A stretch of DNA of 64,000 nucleotides from Bacteroidales bacterium (lineage in GTDB: Bacteria; Bacteroidota; Bacteroidia; Bacteroidales; P3), in NCBI GenBank assembly GCA_045601425.1, contig JAZRZP010000040.1, positions 80,081 to 144,080 on the forward strand, read 5' to 3'. Positions 22,425-31,469 of the stretch are shown here, piece by piece. The notes beneath the pieces are model-generated. The model was given only the letters and a program-made list of their open reading frames with translations, did not search any database and was not told the DNA's origin. Both the position numbers and the translations under genes were made by a program. Numbering within the stretch: position 1 is the first letter of the stretch; every line of letters starts with the position of its first letter.

Positions 22425-22559
22425 AAAAGCCTCTGACGGATATTCTTTTCCGGACAGAAAGCCGGTTCTACATTCGTTTTTTTATCTTGAGATTCAATTA
22501 TGCGAATCCTTTGCAATAAAAAGAGAACTGTGGAAATGCCCGTTGGAATTTTCAAGTTG

Positions 22560-23615
22560 TCACTGTTGCAAATCTTCTATCAGAACCGGAAAATAATCTC
22601 CCAAAGTCGGGTATTTAGACCTGTTGTCGCAGTATTTCAGAAGAGAATTGAACACGGGTTCTACAAGCGGGAAGCCCTGCATTTTTTCATTTTCAATAAG
22701 CTTGCTGTTGTAGAATTTAGGCAGTTTTTCCTTTATGTAAACTATGGTTGAGGCTCTTACGAGAGTTTCGTACATCATGATTTGTGGAGAGGTGTATGCT
22801 GTGTGCGAAAGTGCTTCACGGTTTTCTTCGTAAACTTTTCCGGCGATGTCCGACAGCCTGTCCCAGTATTTGTTGACGAGCGGATTGCAGTACGGGTGGC
22901 AAAATTCGTGTATCACGATTATCAGGTCGGTCCATTTCCAGACACCGTAAACGGGATTTATTACCGTTGTGCCGTCGGTAAGTTCCCAAGAAAGGCCGTA
23001 GTTCTGAAGTCCGGTGAGCAGACACACGAATATTCCCGTTTGAAGTTTTGGTTTTCTGTAAAAGAATTTTTCATACCACGACAAATCTACCATGTTGTAG
23101 CTTTTCTGTTCTTTTTCCAGATATTTACGGCGTACCGGTTCCGTGCTTTTGTACCATTCGTGGAATCCGGTTTCGGTGTAAAAATCGTTAAGTGATTTGA
23201 GGAACGTTTTCTTGCCGGACTGTGGCCATCGTTCAAAAGAACTGTCGGAACCGTCGCGTATACTTTCGTCGAAATCCAGAGGGTGTTTTCTGCTTCCGGT
23301 GAATTTGAGATGTACCGCATAAGCCACAACGGCATCGTAGACAACATTGTCGGATTGGCGTATCTGCCGGTAAAGCCGTACAGCCTCGTGGTCTGCGTAT
23401 TTGCTGAAATACTGGTCGGCTTGTGCCGCGTATGCTGAATCAACACAGACGTTGTACTCACGATTTTCGCTGAGACGGGCTATCATGGCCATCAGGTCGA
23501 CACGTTCGTCAAAACTTGCCTTTATGGTGTCTTGCGCCATTGTGCTGCCTGCAAGGCACAGCACAAGCAGGAAAAAAAGCGTGAGTGGTTTCTTGATGTT
23601 TTTGGAGAGCAGCAT
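22560..23615 (-). CDS. secreted putative zinc metallopeptidase-like protein (HExxH; DUF4932-like)
   Basis: Signal peptide; IHEFCHPY (HExxH) motif. Confidence 0.5.
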   Translation of the reverse strand: MLLSKNIKKPLTLFFLLVLCLAGSTMAQDTIKASFDERVDLMAMIARLSENREYNVCVDSAYAAQADQYFSKYADHEAVRLYRQIRQSDNVVYDAVVAYAVHLKFTGSRKHPLDFDESIRDGSDSSFERWPQSGKKTFLKSLNDFYTETGFHEWYKSTEPVRRKYLEKEQKSYNMVDLSWYEKFFYRKPKLQTGIFVCLLTGLQNYGLSWELTDGTTVINPVYGVWKWTDLIIVIHEFCHPYCNPLVNKYWDRLSDIAGKVYEENREALSHTAYTSPQIMMYETLVRASTIVYIKEKLPKFYNSKLIENEKMQGFPLVEPVFNSLLKYCDNRSKYPTLGDYFPVLIEDLQQ

Positions 23616-23636
23616 GTTATTGTGTCGTTTTTCCGA

Positions 23637-24536
23637 TTAGTAGAAATATTCGAAACATTTCTGAGCCATGGTGGCTATGAGTTCTTCACAACGTGCCATG
23701 CTGCACTGGGCGTCCTTTATGAATACTGCCAGACAGAAATGTCTTCCGTTGGGGAGAATGACACAGGCCACGTCGTTTACTGCCATAATGTTGCCGTTGG
23801 CGGTAACTGGGCCGGTTCCGGTTTTGTGGACTATGGTTGCGTAGTCGTGGATGTATTTGGGTATTCTGTTTTCGCCGGTATTGCAATTGGCCATGAAATT
23901 CCAGACAATTCGGAAGTTTTCATCGTTGCGTTTTTGGAAGAAATACTCAGACAGTTTCACGGCCGACACTGGGTTTGACCAATTGTCGTAGCATAGTGTG
24001 GGGTCGTTGTGCATCATTCTTTCGTCGGCAATGATGGAGCAGGCACCATCGGCAATGCCGTTGATGTGATTTTCCGTGTACTCGGTACCGAGTACTCTGT
24101 CGAACAGTATGTTGCTGGCATTGTTGTCGCTTTGTACGAGTGAATATTCAAGGAGTTTGTCGATGGAAATTTTGCCACCGTTTTCGTAGAATTCCAACAT
24201 CGGGCTCCATGTGTCTTTCATGAGTTCTTCGGGTTCTATCTGTATGGTCGAGAATATTGGAATTCCTGTTTCATTCAGCCTGTTGCAGATGGCCATTGCC
24301 TGATAAAACTTGACTACGCTCATCATTGGGAAATGACGGTTGTTGTGTGTTTCGAAAGTTTCTCCCTCTATTGAAAAAGCTACCCCAACTTCTGCCGGAA
24401 AAGTGTCGGACAATAGTGTGAGTTGGTCTACAAGCTGTTCTGCGTAAAAAATATTCTTGCTTTGCGAGTTTGCGCTCATGTTTGCCTGTAAAAACAATAT
24501 TACAACGGCAACCAAAAGTGTTTTTAACTTGTTCAT
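23637..24536 (-). CDS. class A beta-lactamase (CfxA/CblA/CepA-like)
   Basis: Signal peptide. The class A active-site elements are all present: S-x-x-K (MMSVVKF), SDN (SDNNASN) and KTG (HKTGTG). Collinear similarity to CfxA (PMMSV.K..QA.A.CN; TWSPML; HKTG.G.V..NG......NDVA...LPN....LAVF.KD). Start set at the internal Met preceding the signal peptide; the ORF extends to 24593. Confidence 0.8.
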   Translation of the reverse strand: MNKLKTLLVAVVILFLQANMSANSQSKNIFYAEQLVDQLTLLSDTFPAEVGVAFSIEGETFETHNNRHFPMMSVVKFYQAMAICNRLNETGIPIFSTIQIEPEELMKDTWSPMLEFYENGGKISIDKLLEYSLVQSDNNASNILFDRVLGTEYTENHINGIADGACSIIADERMMHNDPTLCYDNWSNPVSAVKLSEYFFQKRNDENFRIVWNFMANCNTGENRIPKYIHDYATIVHKTGTGPVTANGNIMAVNDVACVILPNGRHFCLAVFIKDAQCSMARCEELIATMAQKCFEYFY

Positions 24537-24655
24537 CGTGTTTTTATCTTTGTTCTTTATGGTTAAGAGCCTGTCGTTCAAGACCGGCCGCATGCTTTAC
24601 ATTGGTTTGCAAAAATACAATTTTTTTTTGGAAAATCCCGAAAAAAATTACATTG

Positions 24656-25456
24656 TCAGTGATAATCAGAGTCTTTCCACTCTAATCTAGCGGTTTGAGG
24701 GACAAAATAATCGCCGATTCCGAAGTCGATACCAGCTTTATGAGCCTGAGAATGTTGGAATTTGCGGAGTATGCGGTACTGTTTCCCGTTTTTGATGAAA
24801 AAGGCTCCTGTCTGGTGGAAACGGAAGGGTACATTCTTTTCCATGCACTGTCTCCGCAAGTCCAGAATCCAGTCGTAGTCGCACGGACGTGCACCGGCAC
24901 CGGATTCTCCTCCAACCGACACCTCTTCTATTGTTTCATCGAGGTATGGAGATATGTCCACATGTCCTATCATAGGGGAAACTATGATACTCTTGTGCTT
25001 TACGGGAACGGTTCTGAAAACAGGAAGCCGGTAGTCTGCCATTTCCTGATTTTCCACCGTACAGCCTACAAGCACGTTGGGATAACCGTCGCCCCAGTCG
25101 TCGGGAATGCAGCCCATGAAGCGGTCGATGCGTTTGGTGAAAAAATAGAACCACAAATCGCTGCGTTCCTTCATCATCTGCCAGCATTCGGGACGCCAAG
25201 CGTCGGCATCCTTGAGCAGGAAATCGGAAGTGAAGCATGTGAACACGATTTTTCCGGATTCTATCTTCCACGATTTGTCACGCTTGTGCCTGAGCGGGAG
25301 GTCGAAAGCTGCAGTCTTGCGGCAAAGACTGCTCGCAATCTCGCTGCCGTACATCTCGTCCTGCCGGTACACATAGCAGAACCTGCACCCCGGACTTATC
25401 TTGGTGCAGCCGTGCCACGGGTTCCAATCGGCATATATTTCACGTTTTTCCGGCAT
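24656..25456 (-). CDS. DUF5131 (phage Gp37/Gp68, three-Cys motif) family protein
   Basis: N-terminal WNPWHGCTKISPGCRFCY motif (WNP..GC...S.GC..CY) characteristic of the Gp37/Gp68 family. Start placed at the internal ATG (25456); the ORF extends to 25594 over the CAT gene end. Confidence 0.65.
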   Translation of the reverse strand: MPEKREIYADWNPWHGCTKISPGCRFCYVYRQDEMYGSEIASSLCRKTAAFDLPLRHKRDKSWKIESGKIVFTCFTSDFLLKDADAWRPECWQMMKERSDLWFYFFTKRIDRFMGCIPDDWGDGYPNVLVGCTVENQEMADYRLPVFRTVPVKHKSIIVSPMIGHVDISPYLDETIEEVSVGGESGAGARPCDYDWILDLRRQCMEKNVPFRFHQTGAFFIKNGKQYRILRKFQHSQAHKAGIDFGIGDYFVPQTARLEWKDSDYH

Positions 25457-25461
25457 TCTTA

Positions 25462-26079
25462 TCAGAATCTGTTCATTTCTTTCTGCAGCAGCGCCAGAAA
25501 TTCCGTTCCCTGTCCGCCGTCCATCTGCACATGATGGTACTGCAGCGAGACAGGTAGTTCGGTTCGGAACCAGCCCTTGCGGTACTTCCCCCACATCACC
25601 ATGGGATTGACGAACTTGTCGGTATACTGGTTGATGATGCAGTCCAGTTCGGTCTTCACCAATGCCGACGTGCCGACAATCATGTGGTCATCCAGAAACA
25701 CGCTCTTGCAGCTTTCGGCGGTTTCGCGGGTGAGGCGAAGATACGCTTCGTTGAAGGCTTCCGGATTTTCGTTGAAGGCTATGTCGCACGAACTGATGCC
25801 GCCCTTGCGGTTGTTTACAATCACGTTGATGGCCAGGCGGTCGTAACGGTAGAGTTTGCCGTGTTCCGGCAAAAGAAAAAATTCGTCAATCTGAGTGGCA
25901 GCCTTGCAGATGCACCAGCACATGAGCATGTTGAACTTCCAGCCTTTTTTTTCGGCCGTTTTGCGGATGCGGGTAACATCGAAGGTTTTGGTGAGATGAA
26001 CCATGGGCATGGGCGAGGTCATCCACAGTTCGAAAGCCTGTGCACGCGTGGTTTCCCGAGGATCTACTTCCTGTTTCAT
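25462..26079 (-). CDS. chloramphenicol acetyltransferase (CAT, type A) family protein
   Basis: 205 aa; C-terminal catalytic-region motif YHHVQMDGGQG (compare CAT HHAVCDGFH). The size and motif position fit CAT. Confidence 0.65.
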   Translation of the reverse strand: MKQEVDPRETTRAQAFELWMTSPMPMVHLTKTFDVTRIRKTAEKKGWKFNMLMCWCICKAATQIDEFFLLPEHGKLYRYDRLAINVIVNNRKGGISSCDIAFNENPEAFNEAYLRLTRETAESCKSVFLDDHMIVGTSALVKTELDCIINQYTDKFVNPMVMWGKYRKGWFRTELPVSLQYHHVQMDGGQGTEFLALLQKEMNRF

Positions 26080-26396
26080 TTTCTGTTTTTTTTCTTTTGG
26101 TATAATGGTAATGTCTCAAGTAATTTCTTTATTACCTGAATCGTTTCTCTGCGGTGTTCAACGTCGAGGATATAATGTTCCTTGGCTCCGGGATACGGGA
26201 AACCGCATTCGGCTCCGGACATGAGAGGCTCTAGTTCCGGCAATTTCTTCACGTAACAGAGATTGTCGCACGCAAGGATGACGGGAATTTCATCCACATA
26301 AATACACCAGTCGCCGAACATTTTCCGTGCCCGGACATTTCCTGCACCCTCAAGCTGGGCACACACAAAATCAATATATTCCTTATTGCTTGCCAT
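26076..26396 (-). CDS. TfoX N-terminal domain-containing protein
   Basis: 106 aa; KMFGDWCIYVDEIPVILACDNLCYVK resembles the TfoX/Sxy N-domain. The stop overlaps the CAT start (ATGA), suggesting translational coupling. Confidence 0.5.
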   Translation of the reverse strand: MASNKEYIDFVCAQLEGAGNVRARKMFGDWCIYVDEIPVILACDNLCYVKKLPELEPLMSGAECGFPYPGAKEHYILDVEHRRETIQVIKKLLETLPLYQKKKNRK

Positions 26397-26463
26397 TATT
26401 GCTTAGAGCATTTTTTGTTTCTATAATTATTATAATTATATACACACCGCATCTGTCTCCGAT

Positions 26464-27165
26464 TCAATAATCATTCGTGAGATCTCCGCTTCCGCTGATG
26501 GGAATCTGCTCTCCCAAATAAGTGGGCTTCAATTTGAATAAGACTTTAAAAAAATCTTTGAACCTTGCAAGAATCTCACGGCACTCATTAATGTTTCGGC
26601 CGCCGTACACACGGTAATCGGAAGGAACACCGTATGCTTCAATTCCCAGTTTGTTCGCGATATACAAAGAACGGTACAAATGATACTTCTGCGTGACAAT
26701 GATGGCCTTTTTTACACAAAAAACCTCTTTTGCCCTATACATGGTTTCATACGTAGAAAAACCGGCATGGTCCATGAAAATATTTGCAGATGGAATATTT
26801 GCGTCCATTGCATACTTCTTCATTGCCATCACTTCGTTGTAAGTTGTACGGCCATGGTCACCGCTCATCAGTATTTTTGATGATACTCCGGCATCACACA
26901 AAGTTATTCCTCCATCCAATCTGTCCTGCAAAATACTGCTCGGTTTTCCGGATTCATAGACCTTGGCACCCAAAACGATAATACAGTCCACACCGTCTAT
27001 GCCTGCAGCCTGTTCGGGAGTCAGTATCAACGCTGCAGAAAAATGTTTCACATGAAAATTGATGGCCAACATACCTATGGCTCCCACTGCAGCAATGATG
27101 AAGAGCAACAGCACCGCTTTTTTTACTATACGTCCTTTTTTTATCATATCATTTACATTAAACAA
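26464..27165 (-). CDS. sanA: SanA/YdcF (DUF218) family protein
   Basis: N-terminal TM anchor then a DUF218 core (IIVLGAKV...SGDHGRTTYNEVMAMKKYA), typical of SanA. Confidence 0.7.
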   Translation of the reverse strand: MFNVNDMIKKGRIVKKAVLLLFIIAAVGAIGMLAINFHVKHFSAALILTPEQAAGIDGVDCIIVLGAKVYESGKPSSILQDRLDGGITLCDAGVSSKILMSGDHGRTTYNEVMAMKKYAMDANIPSANIFMDHAGFSTYETMYRAKEVFCVKKAIIVTQKYHLYRSLYIANKLGIEAYGVPSDYRVYGGRNINECREILARFKDFFKVLFKLKPTYLGEQIPISGSGDLTNDY

Positions 27166-27413
27166 TATAAATCAAAACATTACACGAACCGCAAATCCTT
27201 TACAGGTGTAACGCACAACCATTTCTTTTATTGTTTTTCCGTGTGGATCACAGTTTCGCAAGAAATTTTTCGTAATCCTTCACAAAATCTTTGGGTTCCA
27301 TCGGTTCGTTCAACATCCTGTTGAAGTCTTTCATGCTTTCATTTGCCATGACTTATCTTTTTTTAAGTCCTTTGATGATAATATCCACTGTTTCTTTTTA
27401 AGTGTTTGCCGTT

Positions 27414-27974
27414 TTATTTATAGTATTTTTCGATTCCGCCGTAGCCGGTAATCAGTTTGTTCTCGCGGGTTTTCCGGATGAAATTTTCCAAGCGTTTGCG
27501 GAACTCCCCGGGACGGTGGCGGGCCGCATCGATGTAGGCGACACGGATGCGCCGGTAGGGTTCCGAAAAACGCCCGTAGTTTGCCCATGCGGCAGCATCC
27601 TTTCGGATTTCCGCCAGGATGTCTTCTGGAAAAACGTAGGGCGTCTGAATAAGGGGCAAGACCGACGCCCGGACTTCCGGGTGAATCAGCCCATGGCCTT
27701 CAAGCCAGATCAGCCGCTCGATGTTGGGGCGCGAATAGGGACTTCCCTCCCGCCGCGGCGTAAAGCGGCGGATACCGTGGCTGCTGTCGAGGGTTCTGGC
27801 CTGACCGTCTATCCAGCCGAAGCAAAGAGCTTCCTCGACGGCATCGTTATAGGAAACGCTTTTCTCCCCCGATGCTTTCGTGGGAAACACAAACCAGACT
27901 TCCTTTTCCGTCCGGAAATGTCCGCTGAGCCATTGGCGCCATTCGGCACGGTTATTTGTCCTGAAGATATTCAT
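27414..27974 (-). CDS. YdeI/OmpD-associated family protein (DUF1801-like)
   Basis: 186 aa; the conserved W..WL...........FWI..A pattern and a C-terminal basic region are reminiscent of the YdeI family. Confidence 0.45.
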   Translation of the reverse strand: MNIFRTNNRAEWRQWLSGHFRTEKEVWFVFPTKASGEKSVSYNDAVEEALCFGWIDGQARTLDSSHGIRRFTPRREGSPYSRPNIERLIWLEGHGLIHPEVRASVLPLIQTPYVFPEDILAEIRKDAAAWANYGRFSEPYRRIRVAYIDAARHRPGEFRKRLENFIRKTRENKLITGYGGIEKYYK

Positions 27975-28504
27975 TTTCTGTCCTTTCGTGACAATTTCAA
28001 GATTCTGACTGGCCGGTCTCCTCCAATTTCGAGGTTAGGACAGGTCGTTTCTCGTCCCGTATCCTTGAACCCGCATTTTTCCATCACACGGCCCGATGCC
28101 GGATTATCCAGGAAATAATCGCCCCACAGGGCGGTAAATCCTTTGTTGTTGAAGCAGTATGCAATAACGGCACGCATGGCTTCCGTACAGATGCCCTGCC
28201 CCCAATACGGACGCGCCACCCAATAACCAATTTCGGCTTCATCTTCGGCAATCTGCAGATTGGAACAAGCGGCAGGCAGGTATCCGACACAGCCTATGGA
28301 CTCCCGGGTGGATTTCAGTTCCACGGCCCACATGCCTTCACCGCCAAAAACAGTCCTTATGATTTCCCGGCTTTCTTCTACCGATTTGTGTGGCGGCCAG
28401 CCGGCACGCGGACCTACTTCAGGGTCGGAGGCATACTTGTAAAGCACATCCGCATCGTCCTCGCGCCACGGACGTAATATCAGTCTTTCAGTTTCAATTT
28501 GCAT
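27971..28504 (-). CDS. GNAT family N-acetyltransferase (RimJ/RimL-like)
   Basis: ETERLILRPW N-terminus, then an acetyl-CoA binding segment (WGQGICTEAMRAVIAYCFN). Start set at the internal ATG (28504) to avoid a 105-nt overlap with the upstream gene. Confidence 0.7.
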   Translation of the reverse strand: MQIETERLILRPWREDDADVLYKYASDPEVGPRAGWPPHKSVEESREIIRTVFGGEGMWAVELKSTRESIGCVGYLPAACSNLQIAEDEAEIGYWVARPYWGQGICTEAMRAVIAYCFNNKGFTALWGDYFLDNPASGRVMEKCGFKDTGRETTCPNLEIGGDRPVRILKLSRKDRK

Positions 28505-28506
28505 AA

Positions 28507-29379
28507 TTAACGTGAATTTTTCCTCCAGCGTTTCAGTATCGGGAATATTTTCCGGCAATGTTCTTTCATCTGTTCGTTGGTCATTCCGGCCTGAGCACCG
28601 AACTGCGAACACATGTCAATGTATTCTTCCATGGAGACTTTATCCACAAATTCACCATCTTTGTAGCAGTATTTGCAATAGTCGAAATTGGTGCTTCCGC
28701 CGGCATCGGTGCCGCAAATGTCATCGGTGGTCATGGGCATGCCGCAACTCTGGCAGAATTGGGGCAGCTGACCATCTTGCAGGTGCTTTTCCTTGACAGG
28801 GAAAGTTGCATCGTAGGCGGCAAAATCATCCGGTTTCTCATCACACACGAAATAACCTTCGGGCGTATGGTATGTTCCTTCGATTCTGTTCAAAAACCCG
28901 GGTATGAGTTCCTGTGCCAGAAAATACGGCACTTCGCTTTCGGCAGGTTCGCCATGATAGTGAATCTTCAAGCTGCTGGCCAAAACGAAACCTGCATTTT
29001 TATAGAAATCGATGTTGCCTTCCATGCAAAGCACTCCGATGCCCATTCCCTTGGCTTTCTCAATGGAATATTGCAGCAGTTTCAGACCATAGCCTTTGCG
29101 TTTGTAGTCGGGATGGATGCTGATAGGCCCGAAAGTCCATGCAGGGAAAGGCGAGCCATCCGATTTTATGATAGTCGCCTTGGAAAACATCACCTGTCCG
29201 ATGATTTTTCCGTCTTCCTCCATCACGAAATCGAGTTCCGGAATAAAGTCGGGATTATTTCGGTACTGGTTGAGAACGAAATGCTCCTTGCACCCGGGGC
29301 AATATACGTTCCAGAATGCTTCACGTGTGAGATTCTCCACCTCGCGGTAATCTTCAGGTTGTTCTAAACGAATGTTCAT
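28507..29379 (-). CDS. GNAT family N-acetyltransferase fused to a C-terminal zinc-ribbon domain
   Basis: GNAT core (GYGLKLLQYSIEKAKGMG) followed by a four-Cys segment (CQSCGMPM...DYCKYCYKDG). Confidence 0.6.
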   Translation of the reverse strand: MNIRLEQPEDYREVENLTREAFWNVYCPGCKEHFVLNQYRNNPDFIPELDFVMEEDGKIIGQVMFSKATIIKSDGSPFPAWTFGPISIHPDYKRKGYGLKLLQYSIEKAKGMGIGVLCMEGNIDFYKNAGFVLASSLKIHYHGEPAESEVPYFLAQELIPGFLNRIEGTYHTPEGYFVCDEKPDDFAAYDATFPVKEKHLQDGQLPQFCQSCGMPMTTDDICGTDAGGSTNFDYCKYCYKDGEFVDKVSMEEYIDMCSQFGAQAGMTNEQMKEHCRKIFPILKRWRKNSR

Positions 29380-29396
29380 GTTTTCAAGTTTATTGA

Positions 29397-29747
29397 TTAT
29401 TTCAAGATTTCACTCCACACTTTGCCCTGACGGCAAAACACGGTATGGATTTTTGCACCCTTGATTTGCGGAACGCGTACTTTCGCGGCCTGTTCGGGAA
29501 AGAGGCGGATAAGTTCAACACGGTCATAACGTTCCACGATGACGGCGACGATGAAGTCGTCCTTTGTCATCGGGCAAGTGTATTCCAGCAGGTATTCGCC
29601 ATCCATCTCAGTGATGGTGGGAACTGCATTCATATTTTCAACAGTTACGGGTTCGATTTTGCTTCCGCAACATTCAATTGCCGGTTTGCCGTAGGCTATG
29701 CCGACATTGCCGCATTTCGGGCAATAATAAATGTTCAATCTGTTCAT
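29397..29747 (-). CDS. hypothetical protein with N-terminal desulforedoxin-like 4-Cys zinc/iron ribbon
   Basis: YYCPKCGN...CCGSKI (CxxC-x15-CC) resembles the desulforedoxin fold; the rest is unrecognised. Start at the internal ATG 29747. Confidence 0.4.
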   Translation of the reverse strand: MNRLNIYYCPKCGNVGIAYGKPAIECCGSKIEPVTVENMNAVPTITEMDGEYLLEYTCPMTKDDFIVAVIVERYDRVELIRLFPEQAAKVRVPQIKGAKIHTVFCRQGKVWSEILK

Positions 29748-30017
29748 GGCAGTATTTCTGTTAAACAAAAACTCTATCTTACTTAATTGTTGATTTTCAA
29801 TTTGTTTGTCGGATTTAGGTTTATTCCGAGAACGCACCGTCTGATGAATGGAATGTGTTTCAAGATTTCATAAATTACAGGCGAAAGCAATATCACCACA
29901 TTCTGCGGCCGACACATCGGGGCGTCGGCAAAGCCGCCGACACCGCCTGACACGCCCTTGTTGTAGAAATAAATGACGTAGAACGGTACCGGAAGCACCG
30001 TTGCCCATCGCAGATTG

Positions 30018-30659
30018 TCAAGCCAGAGTTTTCGCATGTTTACCTTTTTTGACGACGGATATTGTGTCTTTGTCCTTTTTGCGTATGCGTGGAGTTATGT
30101 TTTCAGTCTTTTTCCCCGACATTATGTGGTTCAGTGTCGAAGCAAATTGAAATGACAGCATTTCACTTACGAGTTTGTCGGGATAAATGTCTGCGTCTTT
30201 CGTGCTTATCAGTGCAAGTCCGCAGGTGAATATCCACATCTGTCTGAAAAGTCTTTCGCTTTGTCTTTTTGTAATACCGAATTCCCGGCAAGTGTCGTTG
30301 AGACACTCCTTTGCTTTCGGGTAAAGTACTTCGGTTTCAGCGTCTTTTGTGAGGAAAAGATAGTGAAACAGATGCTTCTCTTCGCGGGCAAAGCGTACGG
30401 TTCTTATGCCCAGTTCCTTGAAAGCCGGATGGTAGTCGGTAACGTCGGACACATAATCTGCAAACAAATCCAGTGCGTTTCCGTACACCGAATCGAGTAC
30501 CTCCTCCATGTTTCTGAATACGGTGAATACAGGTCGTGGCGAACTCTCCAAAACTTTTCCGAGTTCCCGTGCCGTGAGGGCGTCTATGCCTCTTTCCCTT
30601 ACAATGTCAAGGGCTTTTTGGGTAATGTGTTCCCTTGTAAAAAGTGCTTTTCTTGGCAT
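30018..30659 (-). CDS. TetR/AcrR family transcriptional regulator
   Basis: N-terminal HTH (ITQKALDIVRERGIDALTARELGKVLESSPRPVFTVF). Confidence 0.75.
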   Translation of the reverse strand: MPRKALFTREHITQKALDIVRERGIDALTARELGKVLESSPRPVFTVFRNMEEVLDSVYGNALDLFADYVSDVTDYHPAFKELGIRTVRFAREEKHLFHYLFLTKDAETEVLYPKAKECLNDTCREFGITKRQSERLFRQMWIFTCGLALISTKDADIYPDKLVSEMLSFQFASTLNHIMSGKKTENITPRIRKKDKDTISVVKKGKHAKTLA

Positions 30660-30753
30660 ATCTTACTGAATGTCATTCTGTTATTTGAAAACATATGTTT
30701 TGCAACACATGTTGCAAATATACAAACAATAATCGTATCGGGCAAGAAGATTT

Positions 30754-31215
30754 TCATTTTTCTTCTGTAAATTCCTTTTCGGCCTTCTTGTTGAAATATA
30801 TTACCAGAACGACCATCACCGCAATCAGAACGACATTGGTGATGAACAGGTATTTATGCAGTACACTGTCGTGTATGTTTTGCAGCCATACCGTCATCGT
30901 TATCACAAGCGACACCATCACTGCCGTCAAACCGCACATCACCATGTGCGAAGGGGTAGGTTTCGGAGGAAACTTTTTCTTTTTCAGCTTGAATTTTCCT
31001 TCAACTGTTTTTATGCTGTACTTCCTGTTGATGTCCGGTTTTTTTGCTACGACGGCAAGAAGTGCCAGCACAACGGGTTGCAGTATAGCCATGCCGAGTA
31101 TGTACTGGAATTTGTTTTCCGGCGGCAGGAACAGAATCATGAGTGCCAGATTCAGTGCACAAATGGCAAGAGCTACTGCGAAAAGTATTTTTGTTGTCAG
31201 TTTGCTTTTTTCCAT
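30754..31215 (-). CDS. hypothetical membrane protein (4 TM)
   Basis: 153 aa, hydrophobic helices, lysine-rich central loop. Confidence 0.45.
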   Translation of the reverse strand: MEKSKLTTKILFAVALAICALNLALMILFLPPENKFQYILGMAILQPVVLALLAVVAKKPDINRKYSIKTVEGKFKLKKKKFPPKPTPSHMVMCGLTAVMVSLVITMTVWLQNIHDSVLHKYLFITNVVLIAVMVVLVIYFNKKAEKEFTEEK

Positions 31216-31270
31216 GTCGTTGTGTGTTTTGGAAACGGCCGGAGAAGTCGTGCTGCCTCCGGCCGTGTAA

Positions 31271-31453
31271 TTATAAATCCGTTTTTTTTCCGGAAACGTT
31301 CTTTTTTTTCGGGTATCGTTTTGCTTTTTTCAGGGCTTCGGCCAGAATCCATTCTATCTGTCCGTTGGCACTGCGGAACTCATCGGAAGCCCATTGTTCT
31401 AAGGCTTCGAAAATTTCGTCATCGACCCGTAAAGCAAAGTTTTTCTTTCCCAT
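31271..31453 (-). CDS. Arc/CopG-type ribbon-helix-helix DNA-binding protein
   Basis: 60 aa; FALRVDDEIFEALEQWASDEFRSANGQIEWILAEAL is a typical RHH pattern. Confidence 0.55.
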   Translation of the reverse strand: MGKKNFALRVDDEIFEALEQWASDEFRSANGQIEWILAEALKKAKRYPKKKNVSGKKTDL

Positions 31454-31469
31454 AGTGAGACCTTTTTGT

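Noticed and set aside
28558-29367. 269-aa plus-strand ORF antisense to the GNAT/zinc-ribbon gene
   Set aside because: The minus-strand product has GNAT and Cys4 motifs, while the plus product is His/Phe/Gly-rich without features. It is a shadow ORF.
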